Shown in pieces: positions 24,861-37,335 of a stretch of 64,000 bases of DNA. Location: contig OZ024746.1 of NCBI GenBank assembly GCA_964016885.1, positions 12,896,001 through 12,960,000 of the forward strand, given 5' to 3'. The position numbers and the translations under genes are program-made. The stretch comes from Eledone cirrhosa. Its lineage: Eukaryota. The notes below the pieces were generated by a model. The model made no database searches. It saw only the letters and a list, made by a program, of their open reading frames with translations, and was not told the DNA's origin. The stretch's first letter is position 1; each line of letters begins with the position of its first letter.

Positions 24861-25429
24861 TAAGTTTAGCTCAGTATTGCCAGCGAAGTGCAGGGGCAGT
24901 GGAAGTATTTCTGAATTGGTGGGGGGAGGGGGGCCAAATTTGGTCAATTTAGTTGTAGTGATTAGTTTAGCTGTTATTATCAAATATCAACCAAGATATA
25001 AAAACTTCGATAAACATAACATTTACATAAATTGAAGCATAAATAGATGTTTTGGTAGAAAGGGCCTACCACAGCGACATTTTAGGTTCCTATTCTGAGT
25101 GCAATAGAAATACGGAGCTCGTCCAGACAGAATAGTCCAATGTTGACCACAGACCAGAGCATTAACCCAGTCCTCCCAGGATTTTTAACTGCCAAATACT
25201 CACCACTTCATGTCTTAAGTTTTAAATTATTTGAATTCATTACTATATTTATGTCTCTCTTACTAATAAAAACACGACAACTATTGAGATGATGGTTATC
25301 TGCGTTATTTCACAGCTTGTATGAACCCGTAACACCTGATGGAATCGTTGGGGTGCCGTAGTGATATCCCACTGCTTACGAAGGGTGAAAAAAAGCTTAA
25401 CACCTTTTATTAAGGGCAGAAGCTGGCTT

Positions 25430-26045
25430 TCCATCTCAACTGGAGCCAGCAGGCCTAGACCACGGAGATAGCAAGCGCCCCAACGGAATCACCCTCTTCC
25501 CATTCGAAGGAGGTAGATCCCTCATCCGGGACGCCACCTGCTGCGACATGTTCTCCGCCTCCAGCTTAATCGCTTTGGCCACAAACCCGAGCATCGCGGC
25601 CCGCCTCGCATTAGAACGTAAATTAAACAAATACCGGGGTTTGTCCGGCCGCCGTCGAGACCTCGGGTGTAATTGGACCCCGTACTGCCGAGCTCCTCCG
25701 CAAGATCGGAGCGTCGGCGGCCCGTCTGAGGTGGGAGTCCCTTGAGGCTGGGTGGCTGTTGCAGCGGTTGTCACTGGCCATTGTCCAGAGGAATGCTTTT
25801 ACCGTCTTGCCCGCGGAGTGCAGCACTCCTGGCCCCTTGCCCTATGCCAAAGCCCAATCACCCTCCCCTTTCACCCCACCCGCTCTCTTCTGTGACACCA
25901 GAGCTCTTGCAATCCCTTCCCTTTCCCGTTCTTTCTCTTCTTTCTTTCTCTCTTTTTTTCCCCTATTCTTTATTTCCTTTTGTTTCCTCTCTTTTATATT
26001 TTTTCTTACTAAATAAGGTTTGTTTTTTGCTTTTGAATAAATAAA
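25430..26045 (+). mobile_element. CRE-clade 3' fragment (RLE) with 3' UTR
   Basis: DSKRPNGITLFPFEGGRSLIRDATCCD and QRLSLAIVQRNA; pyrimidine-rich tail with AATAAA. Confidence 0.8.
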
Positions 26046-26364
26046 TTGGGTATTTTTATTATTGTGAAACAAGTGTTCAACAGAAATATATGCGGGGGAA
26101 AACCAATATTATTTATAATATTGTTTGTACATATGTTACGTGGATGGAGGAAGGGTAAAAGAGAGAGAAGTGTTTTAATGGGAGGGGAAGTGAGACAGAG
26201 AAAAATGTTAATAGAAGCAGAAGACAGAGAGAGAGAGAGAGAGAGAGTACAGTCATTAGAAGTGGGGGGGGGGTAAAGGTGTGTGGTGGAAGGCAGCTAG
26301 AGAGGAAGAGGCAAAAAGACTAAGTGGGGGGGGGGCACAATCATACACACACTGAAATCTGAAA

Positions 26365-26540
26365 GTGGTGACGTACATGGTGGTGGTGATGGCGGTGGCA
26401 GTGGTGATGGTGGCAGTGGTGATGACAGTGGTGGTGGTGATGGTGGCAGTGTGGTGATGGTGGCAGTGTGGTGGTGGTGGTGATAGCAGAGGTGGGGTGA
26501 TGGCAGTGGTGATGGTGGCGGTGGTGGTGGTGGTGGTAAG
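26365..26540. repeat. Degenerate (GGT/GAT/GCA)n low-complexity tract
   Basis: Direct reading; it produces spurious poly-His and poly-Pro ORFs. Confidence 0.9.
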
Positions 26541-26839
26541 GAGTGAAGATAAAGACTAGTCGTTTTGTTTTCATTAAACAAAAAAATTTTTTAATCGTCA
26601 GTTAACTCACACGCTTTAATGCAATAGCTGTCGTCTGCTTGGCTGAAACTTTTACAAAGAACTCCGTTTCTATTTAGATTCGCTTAATCAATGACAATCA
26701 ACGAAGCCCAGGGTGAAACATTTCATAGGGATTTATTTACTACCAGTATTTAGTCATGGTTAAATCATTGTATATGAAGAAATATTAAATTAATAGTATA
26801 AATTCTGATAATGGTGTAATAATTCAAACAATAAAATAA

Positions 26840-27360
26840 ATGTTTGTGTATATACTGTTACACACCTTAGTTTGTGTATATACTCTGTCACACACCTTAG
26901 TTTGTGTATATACTCTGTTAGACACCTTAGTTTGTGTATATACACTGTTACACACCTTAGTTTGTGTATATACTCAGTCACACACCTTAGTTTGTGTATA
27001 TACTCTGTTACACACCTTAGTTTGTGTATATACTCTGTCACACACCTTAGTTTGTGTATATACTCTGTTACACACCTTAGTTTGTGTATATACTCTGTTA
27101 CACACCTTAGTTTGTGTATATACTCTGTCACACACCTTAGTTTGTGTATATACTCTGTTACACACCTTAGTTTGTGTATATACTCTGTTACACACTTTAG
27201 TTTGTGTATATACACTGTTACACACCTTAGTTTGTGTATATACTATCACACCTTAGTTTGTGTATATACTCTGTTACACACCTTTGTGTATATACTCTGT
27301 TACACACCTTTGTGTATATACTCTGTCACACACCTTAGTTTGTGTATATACTCTGTGTAT
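26840..27360. repeat. 30-bp minisatellite, about 17 copies
   Basis: Unit TGTGTATATACTCTGTTACACACCTTAGTT; the last copies are shortened. Confidence 0.97.
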
Positions 27361-27419
27361 TATTTCAATAATCGCTATTATAGAAAATAACACAAAGTCG
27401 TACGAGCCGTAACCATTCA

Positions 27420-27630
27420 GTGAACTGGCAGAATCGATAGAGCGTCGGGCCAAATGCTTCGCGGCATAGAATTACGGCCCTTTACATTCTGATTTCAAAT
27501 CCCACCGAGGTTAGTGTTGTCTTTCATCCTTACGGGGTTGATAAAATAAAGAACCAGTAATGCACTGGGGTCAATTTAATCGACCCCTCCCCCCTTCAAA
27601 TTGCTGGCCTTGTGCCTAAAGTAGAAATAA
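27420..27630 (+). mobile_element. SINE (older subfamily)
   Basis: Similarity to the main SINE consensus, with a longer 3' part. Confidence 0.75.
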
Positions 27631-27764
27631 TTATTATTTATGCAATTAAAATACCGAAAACTGACATCTCATTTGACATCTGTGATATCCTTGATGGGTG
27701 AAGATCGGACATTGTTTTTTCCGTTTGTAACGTTTCATTTTGTCCACAATTTGATTTACAGAAT

Positions 27765-27812
<48 letters not shown>

Positions 27813-29329
27813 TGAGAGAGAGAGAGAGTGTGTGTGAGAGAGAGGGTGTGTGTGTGTGTATGTATATATTTCACATTAAATGATTTTAACATTATATCAA
27901 AGGAGGGCGTTCCTATATGATAGTGCCGGAAATTACCTATTATATTAATCCTCGTTATATTTTTAATGATTTTCGGGTTGGTTAAAACAACAATCGCAAA
28001 CCTGTTTTACCGCCGAAAGATGTTCCGAATAAAACATTGTGGGGCAATATATTAAAATATCGCAAATGTGGAAGGTTTCATAAAATACTGGAATTTTAGG
28101 TAAAATGTGTGATGAGAAAACAAATGCAGGAAATTCCCGTATACATAGATCTCCAGTTCTTCCACTGCAAGGCCATTTGCTCAAATGACTCATAAAGTAC
28201 ATTGGTTGCTGAAAGAGTTATTCTACAGTTTGAGCGGCCTTATTCATCTTGATAAGTCTTTCAGGTTGACAGGCTTGGTTTCTACCTGTTATGAAATACA
28301 TTAAACATTATTATCTGACTTAGTTTCAAAGAATAAATAATTAAAAAACACGATTTATTTCATTTTCTAGCCGAGTTTCACTGTCGATTATGTACGGAGA
28401 TTGCCGAATTTCTTCTTTCAATGTCATGATACTTAAAATGATAGATTATCAAAAAGTCTCGCAAGCAAATAAATTAATGAAACTTTCACTCTCGCCCATG
28501 AAAAAAGTCCATTTTAAAGAAAATCTCTGAATTCAACTAGGAATTCTCCGAATTCAACTTGGATTCGACAGGTAAATATAAAAGTTTTACTGTCTTAGGT
28601 CTATGGAAATGATAAAAGCGCTACATTTACTACAGACACAAGTTGAAAGTATTCAGTTAAAGAAAGCATTAACGAACAGAAGTATGCAATAAGATACTAA
28701 AAACATTTCATTTATTTTCTTTTAATTGCATCAATACTTTCGCAATCTACACCTTCAAGAATATATTTCTGTGGAATTTCATTAGAAATATGTATTATTA
28801 AGAATGTTGTGGGAAAGGAAAATGTGTGGTGGGGGTAAGTAAATAGCAGTTAAACCCACCTACGGGCCTCCAAGTCAGTAAGTGACCTTTAACACAGCAC
28901 ATACAATATATTTGTTGAATATATTAGCATACAGAATTGCTCTTGAAGTTTGAAAAAAATGACAGCAGTGAGGTGGTGATTTGACAACCAGCCTCAAAGG
29001 ATTCAAAGTTCAGGTTTTTAAGATGAAAACAGTTCTGGGTAATAGGTACAAAGAGTTATTATATACCTGACTCGTACATAATGTAAAATAAAAAATGTTT
29101 AAAGCGTAAACTTTGAACATTGTTTTACTTACCATCTTAGTAGTTTTGTTTATTTTACATATTTATAAGTTGGTGTCTTTTCTTTTTAACGTCATATTGT
29201 GGTAGATTTATTCCGCTGTTCAGTTTATTACTACTGCTGACCTCTTGAGTGACTTTAATGAAATCTCCAATACGAGTATAACGTACCTGTTGCAGTCACA
29301 GAGATTGTGTAAACATGTATATATTTTTA

Positions 29330-30060
29330 CATACTTCACTGCGGTACGAAAAGAGTGAACGATCTCAATCAAGTTTCGATTAAAAGTGGTGTTGTCTTCA
29401 TGACGATATAATTAATCGTATAGAGAAAGCCACAAGAACATTTGGCAACCTCTGTTATCGCCTTTGGAATGAGAGGGGCATAAAACTGGACATCAAGATA
29501 CAGATTTATAAAGTTATTGTTATGACCACACTCTTATACAGATCAGAATATTGGACTCCATATAGGTAACACATCAACCAACTAGACGTCTTTCATAAAG
29601 ATTATCTTCGTGCAATCTGTGGGTATACACTCGAAGACAAAATATCTAACACTGACCTCGTCATTAAGTGCAAGATTGGAGACATTGAAGCCTTTTTTGT
29701 GAAACCACACCTATGCTGGGTTGGTTATGTCATCAGAATGAGTGACAAAACAATACCAAAAGTCCTCATGTACAGCTAGATAGATGGTGGATATAGAAAT
29801 GTTGGACTGCCATGTACCTTATGAGACATTTGAGCAAGTGGCCTTGGAGTGGAAGAACTGGAGATCTTATGTGTCATAAAGGGATCAGTAACTTCGAGAC
29901 CTGTTGTATCCATAGGTTACAAGAAGCAAGAAGGAGGAGAAAAGCATTATCAAACAAACTAGCAATACTATCCAGTAAACACCATACACGATGTGTGGAC
30001 TTGCTTGCAGATCCTTAGCAAGTCTAAAATGCCATGCCCGATATAAACATCCAAACTGAA
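29330..30060 (+). mobile_element. RTE-clade LINE 3' fragment with C-terminal C2H2-like finger
   Basis: FGNLCYRLWNERGIKLDIKIQIYK, TLLYRSEYW, CWVGYVIRM...IPKVLMY and CGLACRSLASLKCHARYKH. A short related fragment lies on the minus strand at about 28144-28290. Confidence 0.8.
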
Positions 30061-30098
30061 TGAACTGATTAGGTTGTTCGGATCCTTCTAACCCTAAC

Positions 30099-30146
<48 letters not shown>

Positions 30147-30160
30147 AAAGTGTTTAACCC

Positions 30161-30224
30161 CGACGGCAGAGCTCAAGCCGATTCGACGGAAATAGCCGTC
30201 GAATCGGCTTGAGCTCTGCCGTCG
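30161..30224. repeat. Perfect 29-bp-arm GC-rich hairpin between (TA)n tracts
   Basis: CGACGGCAGAGCTCAAGCCGATTCGACGG-AAATAG-CCGTCGAATCGGCTTGAGCTCTGCCGTCG. Confidence 0.97.
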
Positions 30225-30599
30225 TATATATATATATATGTATGTATATATATATATGTGTGTGTGACCAGTGTATATAGGTCACAGACACCCATATATA
30301 TATATATGTGTGTGAGATTTTACTTTAAAATGTATTAACTGGCAATAAACAAAGAACTCCTGTATATATGACTAAATCAATCATATATACAAGAGTTGTA
30401 TATTTGTTTATTGCTGGTGTTGCTGAATTTAGGAGCATTTAATATTATTTTTATTCAAAAACTTTTATGTAGAGATATATATATTTATAATTTTTAACAA
30501 GCTAAGTGTATTTCTCTATATCATTGTGTTAAAATCCATGATCAACATGATGCTTCAGAAATCAGAAGAAAAAGGTCACTATAATGCAGTAAATATTAG

Positions 30600-31240
30600 A
30601 AGGTCCTGGATTGGTAGAATTGTTAGAGCGTTGGACAAATTGCTTTGCAGAATTTAGTTACAGCCGTTTACGCAGTGCCGGATTTACAATTGTGCTTAGG
30701 TGAGCTTTAGCAGAGGACCCTGTTGGCGCGGGGGGGGGGGGGGGGGGGGGGCAATTAAAGTTCCATTAAAGATGTGACCAATGAACTAACTATAAATTAT
30801 AGAAAGTTAAGTGTGCTGCTTTTCTAACCTTGGATGATCACAAACCTGATCAGGCAACCTACAGATTCATAAACCCAGATAGAACAGAATATTTTAAATA
30901 AATACACAAACCATCAACAACACAAGCCTGTTTGAACAATACATCTGTTATACCCTGGTTAAAAAAACAGCTCATCCTAGACCTTCTTGACAAAAAATGT
31001 TTTTACCTCCTTCAGGGGGGCATAATAATAAGGGGCATCATAACTTAACTAGCACAGAGCCTCATTTGTCCTAAATCCGGCGCTGCCTTTACGATCTGAG
31101 TTAAAATCCTGCCAAGGTCAACTTTGCCTTTCATTTTTCAAGGTTGATAAAATAAAGTACCAGTCATGTACTGGGCTCGATGTAATTGACTTTCCCTTCA
31201 CCTCAAATTGTTGGCTTTGTTCCTAAATTAGAAATTATTT
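30600..31240 (+). mobile_element. SINE interrupted by a hAT-type element
   Basis: SINE head at 30600-30672; the remainder at 31086-31240. Confidence 0.8.
30673..31085. mobile_element. Non-autonomous hAT-type element with captured sequence
   Basis: TIRs CAGTGCCGGATTTA / TAAATCCGGCGCTG; 8-bp TSD CGTTTACG / CCTTTACG. Confidence 0.85.
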
Positions 31241-31592
31241 AAACATATTTTGTCGTATTCAATCACATGAAGAATAATCATGACATGGCTAACACTTTAA
31301 TCATTACATTTCAGTGATGATCTTTATGGAAAGTTGCTCTTTACAGAATTTACTTTAATGTTCACCGTGTAAGTTGTTTGCTCCAGTTATCAAGCGTAGT
31401 TAAAGAAGCAGTGGTTCGGGGAAGTGAGATAAGGCATAGTTATAAGGCATAGTTGTGTGATTTATCATATGATTTATAAAGGGACAAAATAAAATAAAAT
31501 AAAATAAAATAAAATAAAATAAAAATAAAAGATTTAATGCTCTTTATATACATTCCATATCCCCAAATAACTGAGTGAACAATACTTTAGAC

Positions 31593-31766
31593 CAGAGGTC
31601 GCCAAACTTTCAGATCTCACGGACCACTAAATTCATAATTTTAAATCCCGCGGATTACTAATATGATTTTTAAAAAAAAAGATAAATACATTAACATTTT
31701 TCTGCGGACCACCAACATTTCTCTCGGACCACCAGTGGTCCACAGACCACTGGTTGGCGATCGCTG
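31593..31766. mobile_element. hAT (Charlie-like) MITE
   Basis: TIRs CAGAGGTCGCCAA / TTGGCGATCGCTG; perfect 8-bp TSD CTTTAGAC. Confidence 0.9.
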
Positions 31767-31844
31767 CTTTAGACTACCAGCTTATGGGTTATGAGTTCAT
31801 ATCTATTGGAGGTATTTGTTTCATTGCATCTGGAAGCCAACTGA

Positions 31845-33640
31845 GGTGGCGAGAGCAGCCCCAGGTCGGGTACGATGGTATGAGAGTGGTCAATGGTCTA
31901 TACTCGGAGTGGAGTGGCGAGAGCAGCCCCATGTCGGGTACAATGGTGGAGAGTGGTCAATGGTCTATACTCGGAGTGGAGTGGCGAGAGCAGCCCCATG
32001 TCGGGTACAATGGTGGAGAGTGGTCAATGGTCTATACTCGGAGTGGAGTGGAGAGAGCAGCCCCATGTCGGGTACAATGGTGGAGAGTGGTCAATGGTCT
32101 ATACTCGGAGTGGAGTGGAGAGAGCAGCCCCATGTCGGGTACAATGGTGGAGAGTGGTCAATGGTCTATACTCGGAGTGGAGTGGAGAGAGCAGCCCCAT
32201 GTCGGGTACAATGGTGGAGAGTGGTCAATGGTCTATACTCGGAGTGGAGTGGCGAGAGCAGCCCCATGTCGGGTACAATGGTGGAGAGTGGTCAATGGTC
32301 TATACTCGGAGTGGAGTGGCGAGAGCAGCCCCATGTCGGGTACAATGGTGGAGAGTGGTCAATGGTCTATACTCGGAGTGGAGTGGAGAGAGCAGCTCCA
32401 TGTCGGGTACAATGGTGGAGAGTGGTCAATGGTCTATACTCGGAGTGGAGTAGCGAGAGCAGCCCCATGTCGGGTACAATGGTGGAGAGTGGTCAATGGT
32501 CTATACTCGGGGTGGAGTGGAGAGAGCAGCCCCATGTCGGGTACAATGGTGGAGAGTGGTCAATGGTCTATACTCGGAGTGGAGTGGCGAGAGCAGCCCC
32601 AGGTCGGGTACAATGGTGGAGAGTGGTCAATGGTCTATACTCGGAGTGGAGTGGCGAGAGCAGCCCCATGTCGGGTACAATGGTGGAGAGTGGTCAATGG
32701 TCTATACTCGGAGTGGAGTGGCGAGAGCAGCCCCATGTCGGGTACAATGGTGGAGAGTGGTCAATGGTCTATACTCGGGGTGGAGTGGAGAGAGCAGCCC
32801 CATGTCGGGTACAATGGTGGAGAGTGGTCAATGGTCTATACTCGGAGTGGAGTGGAGAGAGCAGCCCCATGTCGGGTACAATGGTGGAGAGTGGTCAATG
32901 GTCTATACTCGGGGTGGAGTGGAGAGAGCAGCCCCATGTCGGGTACAATGGTGGAGAGTGGTCAATGGTCTATACTCGGAGTGGAGTGGAGAGAGCAGCC
33001 CCATGTCGGGTACAATGGTGGAGAGTGGTCAATGGTCTATACTCGGGGTGGAGTGGAGAGAGCAGCCCCATGTCGGGTACAATGGTGGAGAGTGGTCAAT
33101 GGTCTATACTCGGAGTGGAGTGGCGAGAGCAGCCCCAGGTCGGGTACAATGGTGGAGAGTGGTCAATGGTCTATACTCGGAGTGGAGTGGCGAGAGCAGC
33201 TCCATGTCGGGTACAATGGTGGAGAGTGGTCAATGGTCTATACTCGGAGTGGAGTGGCGAGAGCAGCCCCATGTCGGGTACAATGGTGGAGAGTGGTCAA
33301 TGGTCTATACTCGGAGTGGAGTGGCGAGAGCAGCCCCATGTCGGGTACAATGGTGGAGAGTGGTCAATGGTCTATACTCGGAGTGGAGTGGAGAGAGCAG
33401 CCCCATGTCGGGTACAATGGTGGAGAGTGGTCAATGGTCTATACTCGGAGTGGAGTGGCGAGAGCAGCCCCATGTCGGGTACAATGGTGGAGAGTGGTCA
33501 ATGGTCTATACTCGGAGTGGAGTGGCGAGAGCAGCCCCATGTCGGGTACAATGGTGGAGAGTGGTCAATGGTCTATACTCGGAGTGGAGTGGCGAGAGCA
33601 GCCCCAGGTCGGGTACAATAGTGGAGAGTGGTCAATACTC
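31845..33640. repeat. 67-bp minisatellite, about 27 highly homogeneous copies
   Basis: Unit GAGCAGCCCCATGTCGGGTACAATGGTGGAGAGTGGTCAATGGTCTATACTCGGAGTGGAGTGGCGA. Confidence 0.98.
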
Positions 33641-34423
33641 CACAGAGAGCGATGGGGTGACTGAAGGATGATCTGTAGTCAAGTTACTTGAATGTGTGTG
33701 CTGCCAGATTTTCTGGAAACATTTATCATAAACTACATATGTAATATATATATCATTATGCTGTTTATATATTGTAGTGTTTATGTAGAAATACTCCCTG
33801 TCTATATGACTAAATACCCCCTGCTGATATATTTTTTATAAACTTTTATATATATGTGTGTGTGGGCGTGTATATATCCCCCACCCCCACCCCCGCCCGT
33901 TTGATGTCCATTTTCCATCATTGAATCGGTTAGACGGGATGTCACGTTCTGAGAGAGTAGACGGGTCAGGTGACTACATCTTGCTCATGCGTTCTGTGTT
34001 TAGCTTGTTTGCTACAGCTGGATGTCCTTCCTAATGCCAACCACTTTACAGCGTGTACTGAGATCATTTTATCACGACTCCGGTGGACTGGGTGTTTTTC
34101 AACGTAGCTCTCCCTCCTCTCATCTTACAACCCACATCCATCACTGTCCACCCCTTAGCCTGGTCAAGGAGACAAAATGAGCGGACTTGTGTTATAATGA
34201 GGTAGTGTTGGTGCCACATTAAAATGCACCAAATCCACTCTGTAAAGTCGTTGCTGCTAAGAAGAGCATCAAGCTATAGAATCTATAACACATGAAATAT
34301 ATGAGCAAGATATGGCTATCCAACACTGGTAGTGTGACAACCTGGCCAACACATGCCAGCATGAAAAACGGATTTAAGATTATATAAATACAGCCCCCAC
34401 CCCACCCACACACACACATATAC

Positions 34424-34461
<38 letters not shown>

Positions 34462-34789
34462 GATATCTGTAGATATAAGGTCAAGGAAAAACAGTACTCA
34501 ATCTAGTAAAAGAGAGTTTATTTAGTTTATATTAAAGATCATAAACTTATCATGCACGACCTTGGTTTTCGGAGTCCAGTTATGACCACCATTGTATTGT
34601 GAAGTAGCGGTTCCTTGACCTTTTATCTGCGGCGGATATTCTACATATACATATTGCTCCCAGCGCATTTTTTGTAGCAAAGACCAAGATTATACCAACT
34701 CCAACAAACTTCTCCTCCTCCAAAATGTTTCTCAAGAAAGTGGAGGATGTAGTAGGAAGATTGAGATAGAGGGCTCTGCTTTTTGACGG

Positions 34790-36070
34790 AGATATGGCCA
34801 CTACCACCACTGAAAGAATTCAAACTCAAGTCAACTAAGTATTCACTCAGAGTTAAGAATTTAACTGGTTTCGAAGCAGACCTCTTAGATTTAGTTGCCA
34901 ACATTAAATTCCATAAGTATCATAATCCCTTAAAAAAAAAAAAAACTTCATAAAAAACATGAAATTTAGATCGTCAAAAATAAAAATGTGTTTGTCTTTT
35001 CTGACATAATGAAAAATCTCTATCAAGTAGATAGAAATAAATATAAACAACTTATACTGAACAATATAACAAATATATATCAGGAAGTTAAATTTGACAC
35101 AAGCAGTTCCATTAAAGATGTGACCAATGAACTAACTATAAATTATAGAAAGTTAAGTGTGCTGCTTTTCTAACCTTGGATGATCACAAACCTGATCATG
35201 CAACCTACAGATTCATAAACCCAGCTAGAACAGAATATTTTAAATAAATACACAAACCATCAACAACACAAGCCTGTTTGAACAATACATCTGTTATACC
35301 CTGGTTCAAAAAACAGCTCATCTTAGAATAGGGCTAAATTCACCCAGTTCGATATAACCGATGTTTACCTCTCTATTAGTGAACCACTATTAGACATAGC
35401 ACCAGGATGGTTACACTGGGGTACATGGTGGGCACGGTTACGGCTCAAGAAATGAAGAAGGAGTGAGACTTTTTGAATTTTGTGATGCAAATGCACTAAC
35501 CATTTGCAACACTAACTTCAAGAAGCCTACCAACCACCTAATAGCCTACAAATCAGGTCAGCACATAAACCAGATTGACTTCTTGCTAGTTAGGCAGTGA
35601 GACAGACAGATGGTGTCAAATACTAAATCATACCCTGGGGAAGAATGTACCCCACAGCATAGGTTAGTCGTTAGTGACATTAGTATCGGTAGAGGGTCGG
35701 ACGCCATGCTTTCTAGCATAGTTACGTCCCTTTACGATCTGAGTTCAAATCCCGCCGAGGTTGACTTTGCCTTTCATCCTTACGGGGTCGATAAAATAAA
35801 GTACCAGTGAGGCACTGGGTAGTTGCTGGCCTTGTGCCTAAAGTAGAAACAACTATTAGACAAGGCCTTAAACTTTGCCCGTACCTTCGGGTCCATCAGC
35901 GACCAAGAGCTAGACCTAATTTACCACACCCGAAGAACCCTTCTATTTAACAGCGATACTGCTTGGGTAAAAAAATCTGACCCAGAGGATTCATTCGACG
36001 TCTCGATGGAGTGCTACGACAAGCGCTGATGATGTAATCTTGGTGGATTATACATATTTCAAACGCCTAC
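34790..36070 (+). mobile_element. Decayed Penelope-like (Naiad-like) RT fragment interrupted by an insertion
   Basis: FEADLLDLVANIKF, VFSDIMKNLY, RFINPAR, FTQFDITDVYLSISEPLLD|KALNFARTF, YHTRRTLLFN...WVKK and FDVSM.CYD motifs. Confidence 0.75.
35397..35851 (+). mobile_element. Chimeric insertion: RTE APE fragment fused to 5'-truncated SINE
   Basis: Bounded by the 11-bp TSD ACTATTAGACA. 35397-35681 encodes GYTGVHGGHGYG..NEEG..EFCDAN..NTNFKK..QIDF; 35682-35851 is SINE. Confidence 0.85.
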
Positions 36071-36904
36071 ACGAAGATTTCCCAACTACACCATTGGTCT
36101 CTCTCTCTCTCTCTCCAGCTATGTAGGTTATCAATGTATCGTATCTTACTATATAATTTAGACACTGACGATCTGCGAAAGTCATAGCTCTGTAACTCTG
36201 TTATAATTTAGCGGAAATTATCTAAAAAAAAAAAAATACAGGTTTACTAATTTATTATATAATTAGTGGACAAATCATTGTGAGAATTTCCAGTATTAGA
36301 GTAAAGCATTTAATTTTCAATACAATGCCGTTATTCTGCTGTTTTACTTTTCAAGAATGCATAACTAATGCAGTTTCGTGTGGTACAGGATTTTAAGAGT
36401 TATCGAAATTCTTTTTCGTCATTTACTACATTCGTTGATAATACTCTCCTTTAATTACACATTCTGGTTAAAACAGAACGACGTACTCCAGAAATATATT
36501 GCCCATCCTATTAAAATCAAAACTGCTTGTGATGTAACTATGGCAATAGCAAAGTTGTAAAGCTGTTTAGTATTTCACATAGTAACCGAAGAAACTATAT
36601 TGACGACATAACATACAACCAACAGAATGATTCTTAAATAAAAATGTTGTTGGGTTCTATTAATTAGGAACTATTAGATATACAGGAAATATTATCATTT
36701 ATATTGTTTTTAATGTTATTTAGTAATTAGTCGAATGCTAATGACTTTATATTTAAATCGTAATATTTCTTACTTTTGTTTACTTCATATTTTACATATT
36801 TTCGAGTCATACAGTGCAATGATAGTAGGTTGATACCAAATGCTATCATGTGTCTGAAACTGTTTCCTCCTATCATTGAAAACCTTTCTAGTTTGTAGTT
36901 AGTA

Positions 36905-37120
36905 AGGGCGGTGGATTGGCAGTATCGGTGGAGCGTTGGATAACATGCTTTATGGCATAGAGTTAGACCCTTTACGGTCTGTGTTTAAATCCAGCCGAGG
37001 TTAGCTTTATCTTTCAACCTTACGGGGTCGATAAAATAAAGTACCAGTAATGTACTGGAAGTCAATTTAATCGACTTTCCTCTCTCCCAAATTGTTGGTC
37101 TCGTGCCTAAATCAGAAATC
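36905..37120 (+). mobile_element. SINE
   Basis: Full consensus match. Confidence 0.85.
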
Positions 37121-37140
37121 AATATTTATATAGTTATTAA

Positions 37141-37335
37141 CCCTTTAGCATTTAAACCAGCCATATCTGGCCACGATTCTCTCACCTCTTTCTGTTCAAA
37201 CTGGCTGTTCCTGGCTACTCATACTGATGTTAAAGTATTGTACTCAAAATAAATAACATCAAAATCTCATAGATTCGATATTATGAGAGATAAGTATGTA
37301 AGGTCTTTTACAGTGAAAATATAATAGTAAATATC
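37141..37335 (+). mobile_element. piggyBac-type MITE, partial
   Basis: TTAA-CCCTTTAGCATTTAAA left end; similar to 60632-60839. Confidence 0.75.

Noticed and set aside
26790-27390. Repetitive Cys/His ORFs (YIHKLRCVTE)n
   Set aside because: Translation of a 30-bp minisatellite, with no evidence of gene structure.
28371-28571. Candidate exon (TTTTCTAG|...CAG|GTAAAT), and a similar minus-strand candidate at about 29133-29286
   Set aside because: The plus-strand candidate has stops in all three frames and neither shows recognisable homology. Splice-like motifs are common by chance, so RNA data would be needed.
31754-33671. 636/601-aa ORFs as genes, or the array as CRISPR
   Set aside because: These are products of a 67-bp tandem repeat with no unique spacers and no cas genes, in a eukaryotic context.
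36161-36195. CTGACGA-TCTGC-GAAA hammerhead-like motif downstream of the PLE fragment
   Set aside because: Stem II cannot form and stem I is only about 3 bp; at best a decayed remnant.
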